A DNA stretch of 46,909 nt from contig CANEUK010000001.1 in the NCBI GenBank assembly GCA_947441695.1, forward strand, positions 1-46,909. The letters are read 5' to 3'. Positions 1 to 8,545 of this stretch are shown here, piece after piece (positions within the stretch are counted from its first letter, which is position 1; every line of letters begins with the position of its first letter). This stretch comes from Rickettsiales bacterium. Lineage in GTDB: Bacteria > Pseudomonadota > Alphaproteobacteria > Rickettsiales > UBA1997. The notes beneath the pieces were generated by a model. The model was not told the origin of the DNA. It saw only the letters and a program-made list of their open reading frames with translations, and did not search any database. Position numbers and translations under genes: made by a program.

Positions 1-283
1 AAAAACTTAATTCAATTAGCGGATAACGCAGAGAAATTTTTGCACAACAATTGCTGCATTTGCCTTTTTGAAAAATCCAAGAAAAAAGTGGAACTAAATT
101 TTTAATCTTTAACTTTGTCCCGCAAAACAAACATTTAGAACGACCAAAAACAATAGCCTCTTTGGTGAAAGCACGGTGGCTAATTAAACTTGCAAAGCTG
201 CCAAAAATTAAGGCAAAAAACGAGACAAAAAAAATTTGAATTTCTACCGTGAAAGCTTGGTTAAAAAAAGAAAAAAAATCCAT
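1..283 (-). CDS. Prepilin (type IV leader) peptidase, A24 family, N-terminal part; the gene continues beyond the left edge
   Basis: Absent from the ORF track because there is no stop inside the window. Minus-strand translation from the ATG at 283 gives MDFFSFFNQAFTVEIQIFFVSFFALIFGSFASLISHRAFTKEAIVFGRSKCLFCGTKLKIKNLVPLFSWIFQKGKCSNCCAKISLRYPLIELSF. This is a TM helix followed by CxxC...CxxC and RYP.IE, the pattern of the PilD/A24 N-terminal domain. Confidence 0.7.
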   Translation of the reverse strand, partial: MDFFSFFNQAFTVEIQIFFVSFFALIFGSFASLISHRAFTKEAIVFGRSKCLFCGTKLKIKNLVPLFSWIFQKGKCSNCCAKISLRYPLIELSF

Positions 284-474
284 TTATTAAAGTCTTTTGA
301 GTTGCTGATTTGGGTTTAATTTAGATCAAATTTAGTTGAAGCTTTGCGATTTTTTAAAAAAAACAAAATCTATTGCGAATGCAACGATTTATTCGTTGCG
401 TAAGCAATTTAAAACTTAATAAATTCGACTATAAGGCTAATTTTTTTGAGTCTAACTACCAAAACTTATTTAAA

Positions 475-1464
475 ATGAAATTTGTTATAAAATTTCTAAT
501 GATTTTTTTATGCTTTTCTTGCTCACAAAAACCTGCTTTGGTGCTTAATAAAAGCAAAAATTTTTATTCTAAAAACAGCCAAATAAGCAAAAAAAAATCT
601 TTCAAAAGCTCTTCTGATAATTTTTCTGCCAACGAAATTAAACCTGAAAGCAAAATAGTTCTGAAAAATAACGATAATTTGCACAACGTGGCAAAAAAAT
701 ATCAAGTTAGTCAGCAAGATTTAATTTCTTTGAACGGATTAAAACCTCCTTACATCTTAAAAGGCGGCAGCGTTTTAAAAATTCCCAATCCAAAAATTCC
801 TCAATATCACGAAGTAAAATCGGGCGAAACTCTTTATGCAATTTCGCGTATTTACAACATGAAAATTGATAAATTAATTGAAATTAACGAATTAAAAGAG
901 CCCTACGGCGTGAAGGTGGGGCAACAAATAAAAATTACTAAAATTGAAAATATCGAACCAATAAAACCTGAATTGGCTAAAAATTCTGAAAATAAAAATG
1001 AGCAACCAAATAACTTGTCGCCAAACAAAGAAAATTTATCCAAAAAAGAATCTGAAAAAATTTCAGACAAAATTTCGGATAAGTTTTTTTCTGGTCAATT
1101 TTCTTGGCCAATTCGCGGCAGCATAATTTCTAAATTTGGCCCTAAATCTGGAGGTCTTTACAATGACGGAATCAACATTAAAGCCAAAGAAGGTGCCGAA
1201 GTTAAAGCTTCGCAAAGCGGTTCTGTGGCTTATGTTGGTAACGAATTAAAGGGCTACGGAAATTTAGTAATTATCAAACATTCCAACGGCTGGATTACGG
1301 CTTATGCGCATTTGCAAAAAACCTTTGTGAAACGCGGTCAAAAAATTGCCAAAGAAGAAAAAATTGCCACAGTTGGCGCAACCGGAAATGTTGCTTCGCC
1401 TCAACTTTATTTTGGGCTAAGAAAAGGTCGCGACGCCGTAAATCCACAAAATTACTTAAAATAA
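475..1464 (+). CDS. NlpD-like lipoprotein: two LysM repeats plus a degenerate M23/LytM domain (probable amidase activator, not an active peptidase)
   Basis: Track ORF 373..1464. I place the start at Met35 (ATG 475) because MKFVIKFLMIFLCFSCSQ is a signal or lipoprotein-like leader. LysM-like repeats are present (NLHNVAKKYQVSQQDLISLNGL and ETLYAISRIYNMKIDKLIEINEL). The C-terminal M23 fold (GYGNLVIIKHSNGWITAYAHL) has its metal ligands replaced: NDGINI instead of HxGxD, and PQLYF instead of PHLHF. Confidence 0.8.
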   Translation: MKFVIKFLMIFLCFSCSQKPALVLNKSKNFYSKNSQISKKKSFKSSSDNFSANEIKPESKIVLKNNDNLHNVAKKYQVSQQDLISLNGLKPPYILKGGSVLKIPNPKIPQYHEVKSGETLYAISRIYNMKIDKLIEINELKEPYGVKVGQQIKITKIENIEPIKPELAKNSENKNEQPNNLSPNKENLSKKESEKISDKISDKFFSGQFSWPIRGSIISKFGPKSGGLYNDGINIKAKEGAEVKASQSGSVAYVGNELKGYGNLVIIKHSNGWITAYAHLQKTFVKRGQKIAKEEKIATVGATGNVASPQLYFGLRKGRDAVNPQNYLK

Positions 1465-2391
1465 ATGTCTTTTTTTAAAATTTTTTCAAAAGCCAAAATT
1501 GGCGATCAGCTAAAAAACAGTTCTAGCAAAATTTCGGCAGCAATTACCCAAATTTTTACTCACAAAAAACTTGATTTTTCAACGCTCGAAGAGCTTGAAG
1601 AAACCTTGATTTTAAGCGACATGGGAAGCGAATTTGCCAGCAAAATAATTGCCGAATTGCAGAAAAAAAAATTTGAGAAAAATATTGACGAACACCAAAT
1701 CAAAAATTTTTTAAGCAGCGAAATCGAGAAAATTTTAAAACCTTGCCAAAGCACCTTAAATCTGGACGAAAGCAAAAAACCGCAAGTAATAATTTTTAAC
1801 GGAGTTAATGGCGCTGGCAAAACCACAACTTTAGGAAAAGTTGCGCAAAGTTTAAAAAATCAGAATAAAAAAGTTTTAATTGCCGCTTGCGATACTTTTA
1901 GGGCTGCGGCTTCGCAACAATTAGAAGTTTGGGCAAAAAGAGTTGGTTGCGAAATTATTTTGCCACTAAAAGAAGGCGAAGACGCTGCGGCGGTTGCTTA
2001 TCGCGCCCTAGATTTTGCTGACAAAAATAACTTTGACATATTGCTTATTGACACAGCCGGACGATTGCAAAACAAACAAAATTTGATGGACGAGTTAAAA
2101 AAAATTAACGCAGTTTTAAAAAAAATTGACGCCAGCGCACCGCACGAAAATCTGTTAATTTTAGACGCTACAATTGGGCAAAATGCCAAAAATCAGTTAG
2201 AAGTTTTTAATCAAATTGTTGGTATTACTGGATTAGTTATTACAAAGCTTGATGGCTCGGCGAAAGGTGGAATTGTGGTGGCTTTAGCACAAATTTTTGG
2301 CAAGCCAATTTATGCCATTGGCGTTGGAGAAAAATTAGAAGATTTACAAGAATTTGATGCCGCTAGTTTTGCCCAAAGTCTGATTTTTTAA
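1465..2391 (+). CDS. ftsY: Signal recognition particle receptor FtsY (NG domain only)
   Basis: SRP-GTPase motifs GVNGAGKTTTLGK, DTAGR and TKLDG. The ATG directly follows the nlpD-like stop (taaATG). Confidence 0.93.
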   Translation: MSFFKIFSKAKIGDQLKNSSSKISAAITQIFTHKKLDFSTLEELEETLILSDMGSEFASKIIAELQKKKFEKNIDEHQIKNFLSSEIEKILKPCQSTLNLDESKKPQVIIFNGVNGAGKTTTLGKVAQSLKNQNKKVLIAACDTFRAAASQQLEVWAKRVGCEIILPLKEGEDAAAVAYRALDFADKNNFDILLIDTAGRLQNKQNLMDELKKINAVLKKIDASAPHENLLILDATIGQNAKNQLEVFNQIVGITGLVITKLDGSAKGGIVVALAQIFGKPIYAIGVGEKLEDLQEFDAASFAQSLIF

Positions 2392-2473
2392 AATTTTTTA
2401 GCTGAACTTCAATCAACAAACAAAAACCCGTCGCGCCCAATGAATTACTTGAAGCGCGACAGAAAATGATTTT

Positions 2474-3292
2474 TTATCTTCTTTGATTTTGTTGGTTTTG
2501 ATTTGGATTTAACGAAGTGCTGCTTTGGCTTTGTGGTGTGGTTGAAGGAATGTTTTGACTGGCAGAATTATTGCGCAATGCGCTGGCTGTAAGCCTTATT
2601 TCTCTTGGTTCCAATGGACTTGTTAAGTGAGTAGAGCTGTTTTCACTTTCATTAAGTTTGCTCAAACCAGCTTTCAATTTATCAATAAACCATGGTTTAT
2701 ATCTTAAACTTTCTTCAAGTTCTTCTCTATCTTCCAATCCTCCTTCTCCCTTACCGATCCTAACAAAACATCTTATCTTTTCTATTGCGGGGTTTCTTTT
2801 TAAATACGGAATAAACAATTTGCTGCTTGTAAGTTCAGCTCTGTTAATTTTTTCTATGTCATCGAATATCTTCTCATAGGCAAGCCTCTTATCCATCAAT
2901 TCTGGTCTTGAGGCTTCTCTAATTCCTCGAACACCATATGCTAAACCTCCGACAACAAATGGTGCTGCAATTGGAGTCATAAAACCCGATGATGCAATTG
3001 AAGAAAAAATACCAGCCCCCGCAAGACCAATACTTAAGGGGGTACCAACTAATAAATTGGTCAACGTTTTTCTTCTACTGCTGGGTTTAGAATTTTCCAC
3101 GTATCGGTCAAATCTTGATGCCAATTCGCGACAAAGATCTTCGTTGCTCATTTGAATATTATTTGTTTGTTGGTTATTAGTAACTTCGGGGCTATCGCTT
3201 TGCATTTCTGAGATACTGACTTCCGTTTCTTGATAATTTGGGCGCATAAATAAATTTGTTTGATTGTTTTTAATTGAATTGTTCAGCTTCAA
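2474..3292 (-). CDS. Hypothetical protein with a central long (bilobed-looking) hydrophobic segment and N/Q/S-rich tails
   Basis: 272-aa ORF. It has a ~40-aa Gly/Ala-rich hydrophobic stretch (LLVGTPLSIGLAGAGIFSSIASSGFMTPIAAPFVVGGLAYGV). Both termini are low-complexity and Q/N/S-rich. I recognise no family. Confidence 0.5.
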   Translation of the reverse strand: MKLNNSIKNNQTNLFMRPNYQETEVSISEMQSDSPEVTNNQQTNNIQMSNEDLCRELASRFDRYVENSKPSSRRKTLTNLLVGTPLSIGLAGAGIFSSIASSGFMTPIAAPFVVGGLAYGVRGIREASRPELMDKRLAYEKIFDDIEKINRAELTSSKLFIPYLKRNPAIEKIRCFVRIGKGEGGLEDREELEESLRYKPWFIDKLKAGLSKLNESENSSTHLTSPLEPREIRLTASALRNNSASQNIPSTTPQSQSSTSLNPNQNQQNQRR

Positions 3293-3450
3293 TTCACCTT
3301 GAATTTGACAAATCCAAAGCAGAATTTTTACTTTTTTTTCAAAGTCAAATTATTTTAATTAGCTTTAAGCTCGAAGGCTTTTTTAGCCAGCAACTAGCTT
3401 TATTTGGACTTGGTTTTGGCTGGTTTTTAAGCTTTTTTTGGCAAAATAAA

Positions 3451-4521
3451 CTACCTTGTTTTTTCGCGTTTTGAGTCAGATTTTAATTGACCACAAGCCG
3501 CCAAAACGTCGTTGCCACGGGTTTTTCTAATTGGCGCAACTAGTTGGGCATTTTTGAGAATTTTTTGAAATCTCACAATCTGTTCAATACTCGAGCATTC
3601 ATATTCGCAGCCTTGCCACGAGTTAAAAGGAATTAAATTTATTTTGGCGTTTAAGTTAAATTTTTTAATCAAATTAACCAGCTCGCGGGCGTGAACTTCT
3701 TGGTCATTTATGTCTTTTAACATCACATATTCGAAAGTGATTTTTTGGTTAAGATTTTTGCCGTTATAGATTTTGCAAGCCTCGAGCAAGCTTTTCAGCG
3801 GATATTTTTTGTTAATCGCCATAATTTTGCTGCGAAGCGAGTCGTTGGTTGCGTGCAACGAAATTGCCAAATGAGTTCTTAGTTCTTCGGCGCTGCGCAA
3901 AATTTCTGGCACCAAACCCGAAGTCGAAATGGTGATTTTGCGCGTCGACAGATCAAGTCCGTTAGCGTCGTTTAAAATTTTCACCGCAGCCGCCACGTTT
4001 TCATAATTAAAAAACGGCTCGCCCATTCCCATAAAAACAATGTTGGTAATGCGGCGCGTCAGCTTTTGCCAATCGTTGATTAGGTCTTTGGCAAGCAAAA
4101 CTTGCGCCACAATTTCGCCAACTTCTAAATTTCTTACCAAAGTTTGGGTTCCAGTATAACAAAATTTACAGGCCAAAGTGCAGCCAACTTGCGACGAAAT
4201 ACAAAGCGTGGCGCGAGTTTCTTCGGGAATAAAAACCACCTCAACTTCGCGACAATCTGAAAATTTAGCCAAAAATTTGCGCGTTCCGTCAAGCGCGGTT
4301 ATGTCTTGCGAAATTTGCGGGCGATCGAGAGAAAAATTTTGCGCCAAAATTTGGCGCGTTTCTTTCGAAATATTGCTCATTTCTTCAAATGATTTTGCGC
4401 CGCGAGCATAAATCCAATTCCAAATTTGAGCAGCGCGAAATGGCTTTTCGCCCAACTTGGCAATGGCTTGGCTAAATTCTTCTTTGGTTAGATTGGTTAG
4501 ATTTTTTTTAGCTTCGATCAT
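3451..4521 (-). CDS. rlmN: 23S rRNA / tRNA adenine-C2 methyltransferase RlmN (radical SAM)
   Basis: Radical-SAM CxxxCxxC motif (GCTLACKFCYTG) and RlmN-type N-terminus (FRAAQIWNWIY). I prefer the start at Met29 (ATG 4521, MIEAKKNL...) over the track start at 4605. Confidence 0.9.
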   Translation of the reverse strand: MIEAKKNLTNLTKEEFSQAIAKLGEKPFRAAQIWNWIYARGAKSFEEMSNISKETRQILAQNFSLDRPQISQDITALDGTRKFLAKFSDCREVEVVFIPEETRATLCISSQVGCTLACKFCYTGTQTLVRNLEVGEIVAQVLLAKDLINDWQKLTRRITNIVFMGMGEPFFNYENVAAAVKILNDANGLDLSTRKITISTSGLVPEILRSAEELRTHLAISLHATNDSLRSKIMAINKKYPLKSLLEACKIYNGKNLNQKITFEYVMLKDINDQEVHARELVNLIKKFNLNAKINLIPFNSWQGCEYECSSIEQIVRFQKILKNAQLVAPIRKTRGNDVLAACGQLKSDSKREKTR

Positions 4522-5578
4522 AATTAAATTGTTTATCAAAATTATTTTTAAGGCTGGCAATAGCTTTTGGAACGATGCTGGACGAGGGTTTTGTAGTATA
4601 AGCAAGACTTAATAAACGACGCGTAGATGATAAATATTCTTCAGAAACACCAACTTGATCTCTGCCATGAAGCTGGTTTTTGAAACATAAAACATCCATG
4701 TCTCCAATGTAATATTGGGTTAGTTTGTTTTGGCGGTAAATATCTAAAATTGCGCGCTCAATATCACTTATTGCCGCATTAATATCATCTTTTGTAAGAC
4801 TTTTATCGTTGATTTTATTGAGATTAACGCGCAAAGGCTGGTCTTTTTTTTCAGTTGAAAAATTGATGTCGTAATTACCTTTTCCAAGATCAATCAATAT
4901 TGGTTGAGGTTTGTAGTTCTCAAAAAAATCTTGAAAAATTGGCTCTTGCAAAACGGTTTTTGATTTTTTTGATAATTTTTCCACCACGTTTTTGTGATTG
5001 AGAATATAGGTTCTGTAATTTTTGTAAGGTGCCTCAATTCCAAGAAAGGTTAAAAATTTTAGAGGCTTGTCATCGGCAAAAAGATCGTCAACGTGCGGAA
5101 GTAATCTTGGCAAAGATTCTTCTAATCCGTTTTTATTTTTTATTCTGGTGTTAATTTCAATGCAATTATCCTCAAATTGCCTTGTATAGCCTGAAATATT
5201 GGCGGTCATATTGCTTAAAAAACACAAAAAATCTGCTCTTTCTTTGTCACTTTTAAAACTACTTTTTTCTATTCCCTGAAAAAAAATTGATTCGGCGTTG
5301 GTTTTATAAAATTTATCCAAACATCTTAAATAAAGACCAAGATTATCTTGTTTATTTTGGGGTTTGCCAACGAGATTAGAAAAATATCTTTGCGCCAAAT
5401 TGCTAACACCTTCTTCTGATTTTTGTTGCTGGTTAATCAATTCGTGATTTTGCAAAAAGAAATCAACCGCTTCTTTAGGAGTTGGAGAAACCAAAGCAGA
5501 AAAGCATTTAAAGCTAGTTTCTGGCTTAGAAACGCTTCTAAAAATTTTGTTTTCTAATTTTCGACTAATTCTCCACAT
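4508..5578 (-). CDS. Hypothetical protein (orphan, no recognisable domain)
   Basis: 356-aa ORF between rph and rlmN. It overlaps both neighbours slightly. Its composition is consistent with coding sequence, but I see no family signature. The start codon is uncertain. Confidence 0.45.
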   Translation of the reverse strand: MWRISRKLENKIFRSVSKPETSFKCFSALVSPTPKEAVDFFLQNHELINQQQKSEEGVSNLAQRYFSNLVGKPQNKQDNLGLYLRCLDKFYKTNAESIFFQGIEKSSFKSDKERADFLCFLSNMTANISGYTRQFEDNCIEINTRIKNKNGLEESLPRLLPHVDDLFADDKPLKFLTFLGIEAPYKNYRTYILNHKNVVEKLSKKSKTVLQEPIFQDFFENYKPQPILIDLGKGNYDINFSTEKKDQPLRVNLNKINDKSLTKDDINAAISDIERAILDIYRQNKLTQYYIGDMDVLCFKNQLHGRDQVGVSEEYLSSTRRLLSLAYTTKPSSSIVPKAIASLKNNFDKQFNYDRS

Positions 5579-6288
5579 GCATTTGCAATTGCATTTTGTT
5601 GAAGCTTAAAAATCTCTTTGGCAGCCGTTTTTGATAATTCATACATTTGCGAAATATTGGCAAAGCTCATGGCGCCGTTTTCGGCGGTTCCTTGAATTTC
5701 AATTAAGTCAAAATTTTGGTTAAGCACAAAATTGCTATCGACTTCGCATTTGCTGTCTTCGGCATAGTCTAAATCTGCCACAATATTGCCGTTAAAAATT
5801 CCGCAAGAAATGGCACAAACTTTTCCAATTAGCGGATTTTGGTTAATAATTCTTTGGTTGATGATTTTTTTTACTGCAATTGCCAAAGCAACATAACCGC
5901 CAGTTATTGCGGCACAACGTGTTCCGCCGTCGGCTTGCAAAACATCGCAATCAATAATTATTTGACGTTCACCCAATTTTCTAACATCAATTACCGAGCG
6001 CAAACTGCGACCAATTAGCCGTTGAATTTCAATTGATCGCCCGTTTGGTTTCATTGGATCGCGACTATTTCTTTGGTGGGTTGAACGCGCCAGCATGTTA
6101 TATTCTGCGCTAATCCAGCCCAAACCTTTGCCGCGCAAAAAGTGCGGCACTTTTTCGTCAATTGACGCGGTACATAAAACGTGAGTATTACCAAATTTTA
6201 TCAAACAAGAGCCTTCGGCGTAAGCGTTAACGTTAGTTTGAATTGAAACTTGGCGAATTTGATCGAAAGCTCTTTTTGATGGACGCAT
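5554..6288 (-). CDS. rph: Ribonuclease PH
   Basis: MRPSKRAFDQIRQV...AEGSCLIKFGNTHVLCTASI...GWISAEYNMLARSTHQRN...CDVLQADGGTRCAAITG aligns along its length with RNase PH as I remember it. The start is chosen at MRPS (ATG 6288) rather than the track start at 6321. Confidence 0.92.
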   Translation of the reverse strand: MRPSKRAFDQIRQVSIQTNVNAYAEGSCLIKFGNTHVLCTASIDEKVPHFLRGKGLGWISAEYNMLARSTHQRNSRDPMKPNGRSIEIQRLIGRSLRSVIDVRKLGERQIIIDCDVLQADGGTRCAAITGGYVALAIAVKKIINQRIINQNPLIGKVCAISCGIFNGNIVADLDYAEDSKCEVDSNFVLNQNFDLIEIQGTAENGAMSFANISQMYELSKTAAKEIFKLQQNAIANACGELVEN

Positions 6289-6423
6289 GAATAATTTTAA
6301 ATTCGAATCAAAGCCCGACAAAACCTGCCAAAGCCTGAATTTATTTAAGAAACCGTTTCTAAATCTTTTTTGTCCTTAGATACGCTTAATCAAATTCAAA
6401 CTTAGTTTGAATGAGGTGATTTT

Positions 6424-8268
6424 TTAATCTTGAACAAAGTCGAATTTAGCTTCTTTGCTTCTTCCCAAACGTTTGCGATCGTTTGAATCCAAAAATTTCT
6501 TACGCAAACGCAAAGATTTTGGAGTGACTTCAACCAATTCATCTTCGCCAACATAAGTAATCATGTCTTCAAGCGTTAATTCACGAGGCGGAATTAGGCG
6601 AATTGCTTCGTCAGTTCCCGAAGCTCTAACGTTAGAAAGTTGTTTTCCTTTCAAAACATTCACTTCTAAATCGCCTTGTTTTGAGTTTTCGCCAATCACC
6701 ATGCCAGAATAAACTTTTTGTTGTGGCTTGATAAACATTGTTCCGCGCTCTTGAAGGTTCCAAAGCGCATAAGCAACTGCTTCACCCGGATCGGTAGCAA
6801 TTAGCGCGCCATTTTTCTTAAAAGAAATTTCGCCTTTATAAGGAACGTAAGCGTGAAAAATTCTGTTCAAAACCCCCGAACCTTTGGTATCGGTTAAAAA
6901 TTCGCTTTGATAGCCAATAAGACCGCGCGATGGAACATAAAACACCAAGCGAGTTTTACCGCCAGTTGATGGTTTCATTTCAATCATTTCGCCTTTGCGC
7001 GAAGAAACTTTTTCAACAACCACGCCGCTAAAGGCGTCGTCAACGTCAATAACAACTTCTTCAACTGGTTCCAAAATAGCGCCATTAACATCTTTTTTGA
7101 AAAGCACGCGAGGTCTTGAAACTGAAAGCTCGAAACCTTCACGACGCATGTTTTCAATTAAAACTCCAAGCTGCAATTCGCCTCTTCCGCCAACTTCAAA
7201 AGCGTCTTTTGATTCAGATTCTTTCACTTTAATTGCTACGTTAGTTTCGTTTTCGGCAAATAAACGGTCGCGAATCATGCGCGAAGTAACTTTTGAACCT
7301 TCGGTTCCAGCAAGCGGAGAATCATTTACGCCGATGGTGATTGCCATTGTTGGCGGATCAATTGGCGTTGATTTGATTGGTTCTAAAACTGAAAGCTCGC
7401 AAAGCGTATCGGCAACCGAGGCTTTTTCTAAACCTGCAATCGAAACAATGTCGCCCGCAATAGCTTCTTCAACCGGAACTTTTTCAACGCCGCGAAACAC
7501 GTGGAGCTTGGTTAGACGACCTTGTTCAACAACTTCGCCATTCAAATTAATCGCTTTAAAACTCATCAAATTTTTGGCTTTTCCTGAATAAATTCTGCCA
7601 GTCAACATGCGACCAAAATAAGGGCTGCGATCAAGCAAAGTTGCCAACATTTTGAACGGGGCATTTTCATCAAATTTTGGCGGATTTACGTGTTCTAGAA
7701 TTAAATCAAAAAGCGGAGATAAATCTTTACGCTCGTCTTTATCCATATCGCGCACGCACCAACCATCACGACCCACGGCATAAAGAACTGGAAAATCGAG
7801 TTGCAACTCATTGGCATTTAGCGAAACAAAAAGATCAAAAATTTCATTTAAAACTTCATCGGGACGAGCGTCGCCGCGATCAATTTTATTGATAATTACA
7901 ATTGGTCTTAATCCAAGAGCCAAAGCTTTTGAAAGCACAAATTTGGTTTGCGGCATCACGCCTTCGGCAGAATCAACTAAAAGCAAAGTACTATCAGCCA
8001 TTGAAAGCACGCGCTCAACTTCTCCACCAAAATCGGCGTGACCGGGCGTGTCAATTACGTTAATCTTTTGATCTTTCCACATCAGCGAAGTGCATTTGGC
8101 TAAAATTGTAATGCCACGCTCTTTTTCAAGATCGTTTGAATCCATCACGCGATTTTCAACTTGTTGGTTGGCACGAAAAGTGCCGCTTTGATGTAACATT
8201 GCATCGATCATTGTGGTTTTGCCGTGGTCAACGTGAGCAATAATGGCAACGTTTCTGAAGTTGGTCAT
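6424..8268 (-). CDS. typA: Translational GTPase TypA/BipA
   Basis: 614 aa. G-domain motifs AIIAHVDHGKTT, DTPGHADFGGEV and NKID. The length and C-terminal domain are typical of BipA. Confidence 0.93.
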   Translation of the reverse strand: MTNFRNVAIIAHVDHGKTTMIDAMLHQSGTFRANQQVENRVMDSNDLEKERGITILAKCTSLMWKDQKINVIDTPGHADFGGEVERVLSMADSTLLLVDSAEGVMPQTKFVLSKALALGLRPIVIINKIDRGDARPDEVLNEIFDLFVSLNANELQLDFPVLYAVGRDGWCVRDMDKDERKDLSPLFDLILEHVNPPKFDENAPFKMLATLLDRSPYFGRMLTGRIYSGKAKNLMSFKAINLNGEVVEQGRLTKLHVFRGVEKVPVEEAIAGDIVSIAGLEKASVADTLCELSVLEPIKSTPIDPPTMAITIGVNDSPLAGTEGSKVTSRMIRDRLFAENETNVAIKVKESESKDAFEVGGRGELQLGVLIENMRREGFELSVSRPRVLFKKDVNGAILEPVEEVVIDVDDAFSGVVVEKVSSRKGEMIEMKPSTGGKTRLVFYVPSRGLIGYQSEFLTDTKGSGVLNRIFHAYVPYKGEISFKKNGALIATDPGEAVAYALWNLQERGTMFIKPQQKVYSGMVIGENSKQGDLEVNVLKGKQLSNVRASGTDEAIRLIPPRELTLEDMITYVGEDELVEVTPKSLRLRKKFLDSNDRKRLGRSKEAKFDFVQD

Positions 8269-8545
8269 TTGGTAAATTTAAATTTTTTTAAGAGAATTTT
8301 TTTAAAGACAAGAAGGCGAGGAAGCGAGCCATCCAAAAAGGCGAAAAATGCTCGAGCAAAGTAAAAAGGCAAAACTAACTGTCAACTTATTAAAAACCTG
8401 CTTGCGAGCTCGATTTTAGAGGGTTTTTTAGCTGAAGTGAAAATCTTTATCAAAAATCTTGAAATTTACTTTTGACTGATTTTTATTATCACAAGTTATT
8501 TTTGCTTAACTTTTCTCAAAAAAAACTTTCTCGCAAAGACAAAAA

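Noticed and set aside
373-474. Upstream 34-codon extension of the NlpD-like ORF, as given in the track (start at 373).
   Set aside because: The extension starts inside the 381..399 hairpin and encodes a non-signal-like peptide. The lipoprotein-type leader begins at Met35 (475).
2430-2475. GTCGCGC...GCGCGAC inverted repeat after ftsY, considered as a terminator.
   Set aside because: The stem is 7 bp but the loop is 17 nt, and the downstream T-run is interrupted. This is too weak to call with confidence.
3274-3474. 66-aa plus-strand ORF in the spacer between the orphan gene and rlmN.
   Set aside because: It is Phe/Leu-rich translation of AT-rich spacer. It overlaps the rlmN 3-prime end and has no RBS or motif.
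6995-7591. 198-aa ORF antisense to typA. Similar shadow ORFs are 523..717, 1560..1826, 1998..2189, 2658..2879, 4178..4411, 7677..8041, 9676..10055, 10549..10749, 10990..11175, 12376..14847 (several), 15770..16305, 18359..18715, 21810..22043, 22556..22834, 24070..24303, 25424..25618, 28377..28586, 29124..29360, 30456..30671, 32876..33124, 33598..33783, 34961..35182, 37072..37275 and 40925..41480.
   Set aside because: All lie inside, and out of frame with or antisense to, ORFs with strong family signatures. Their translations are low-complexity with no motifs. They are typical shadow ORFs.
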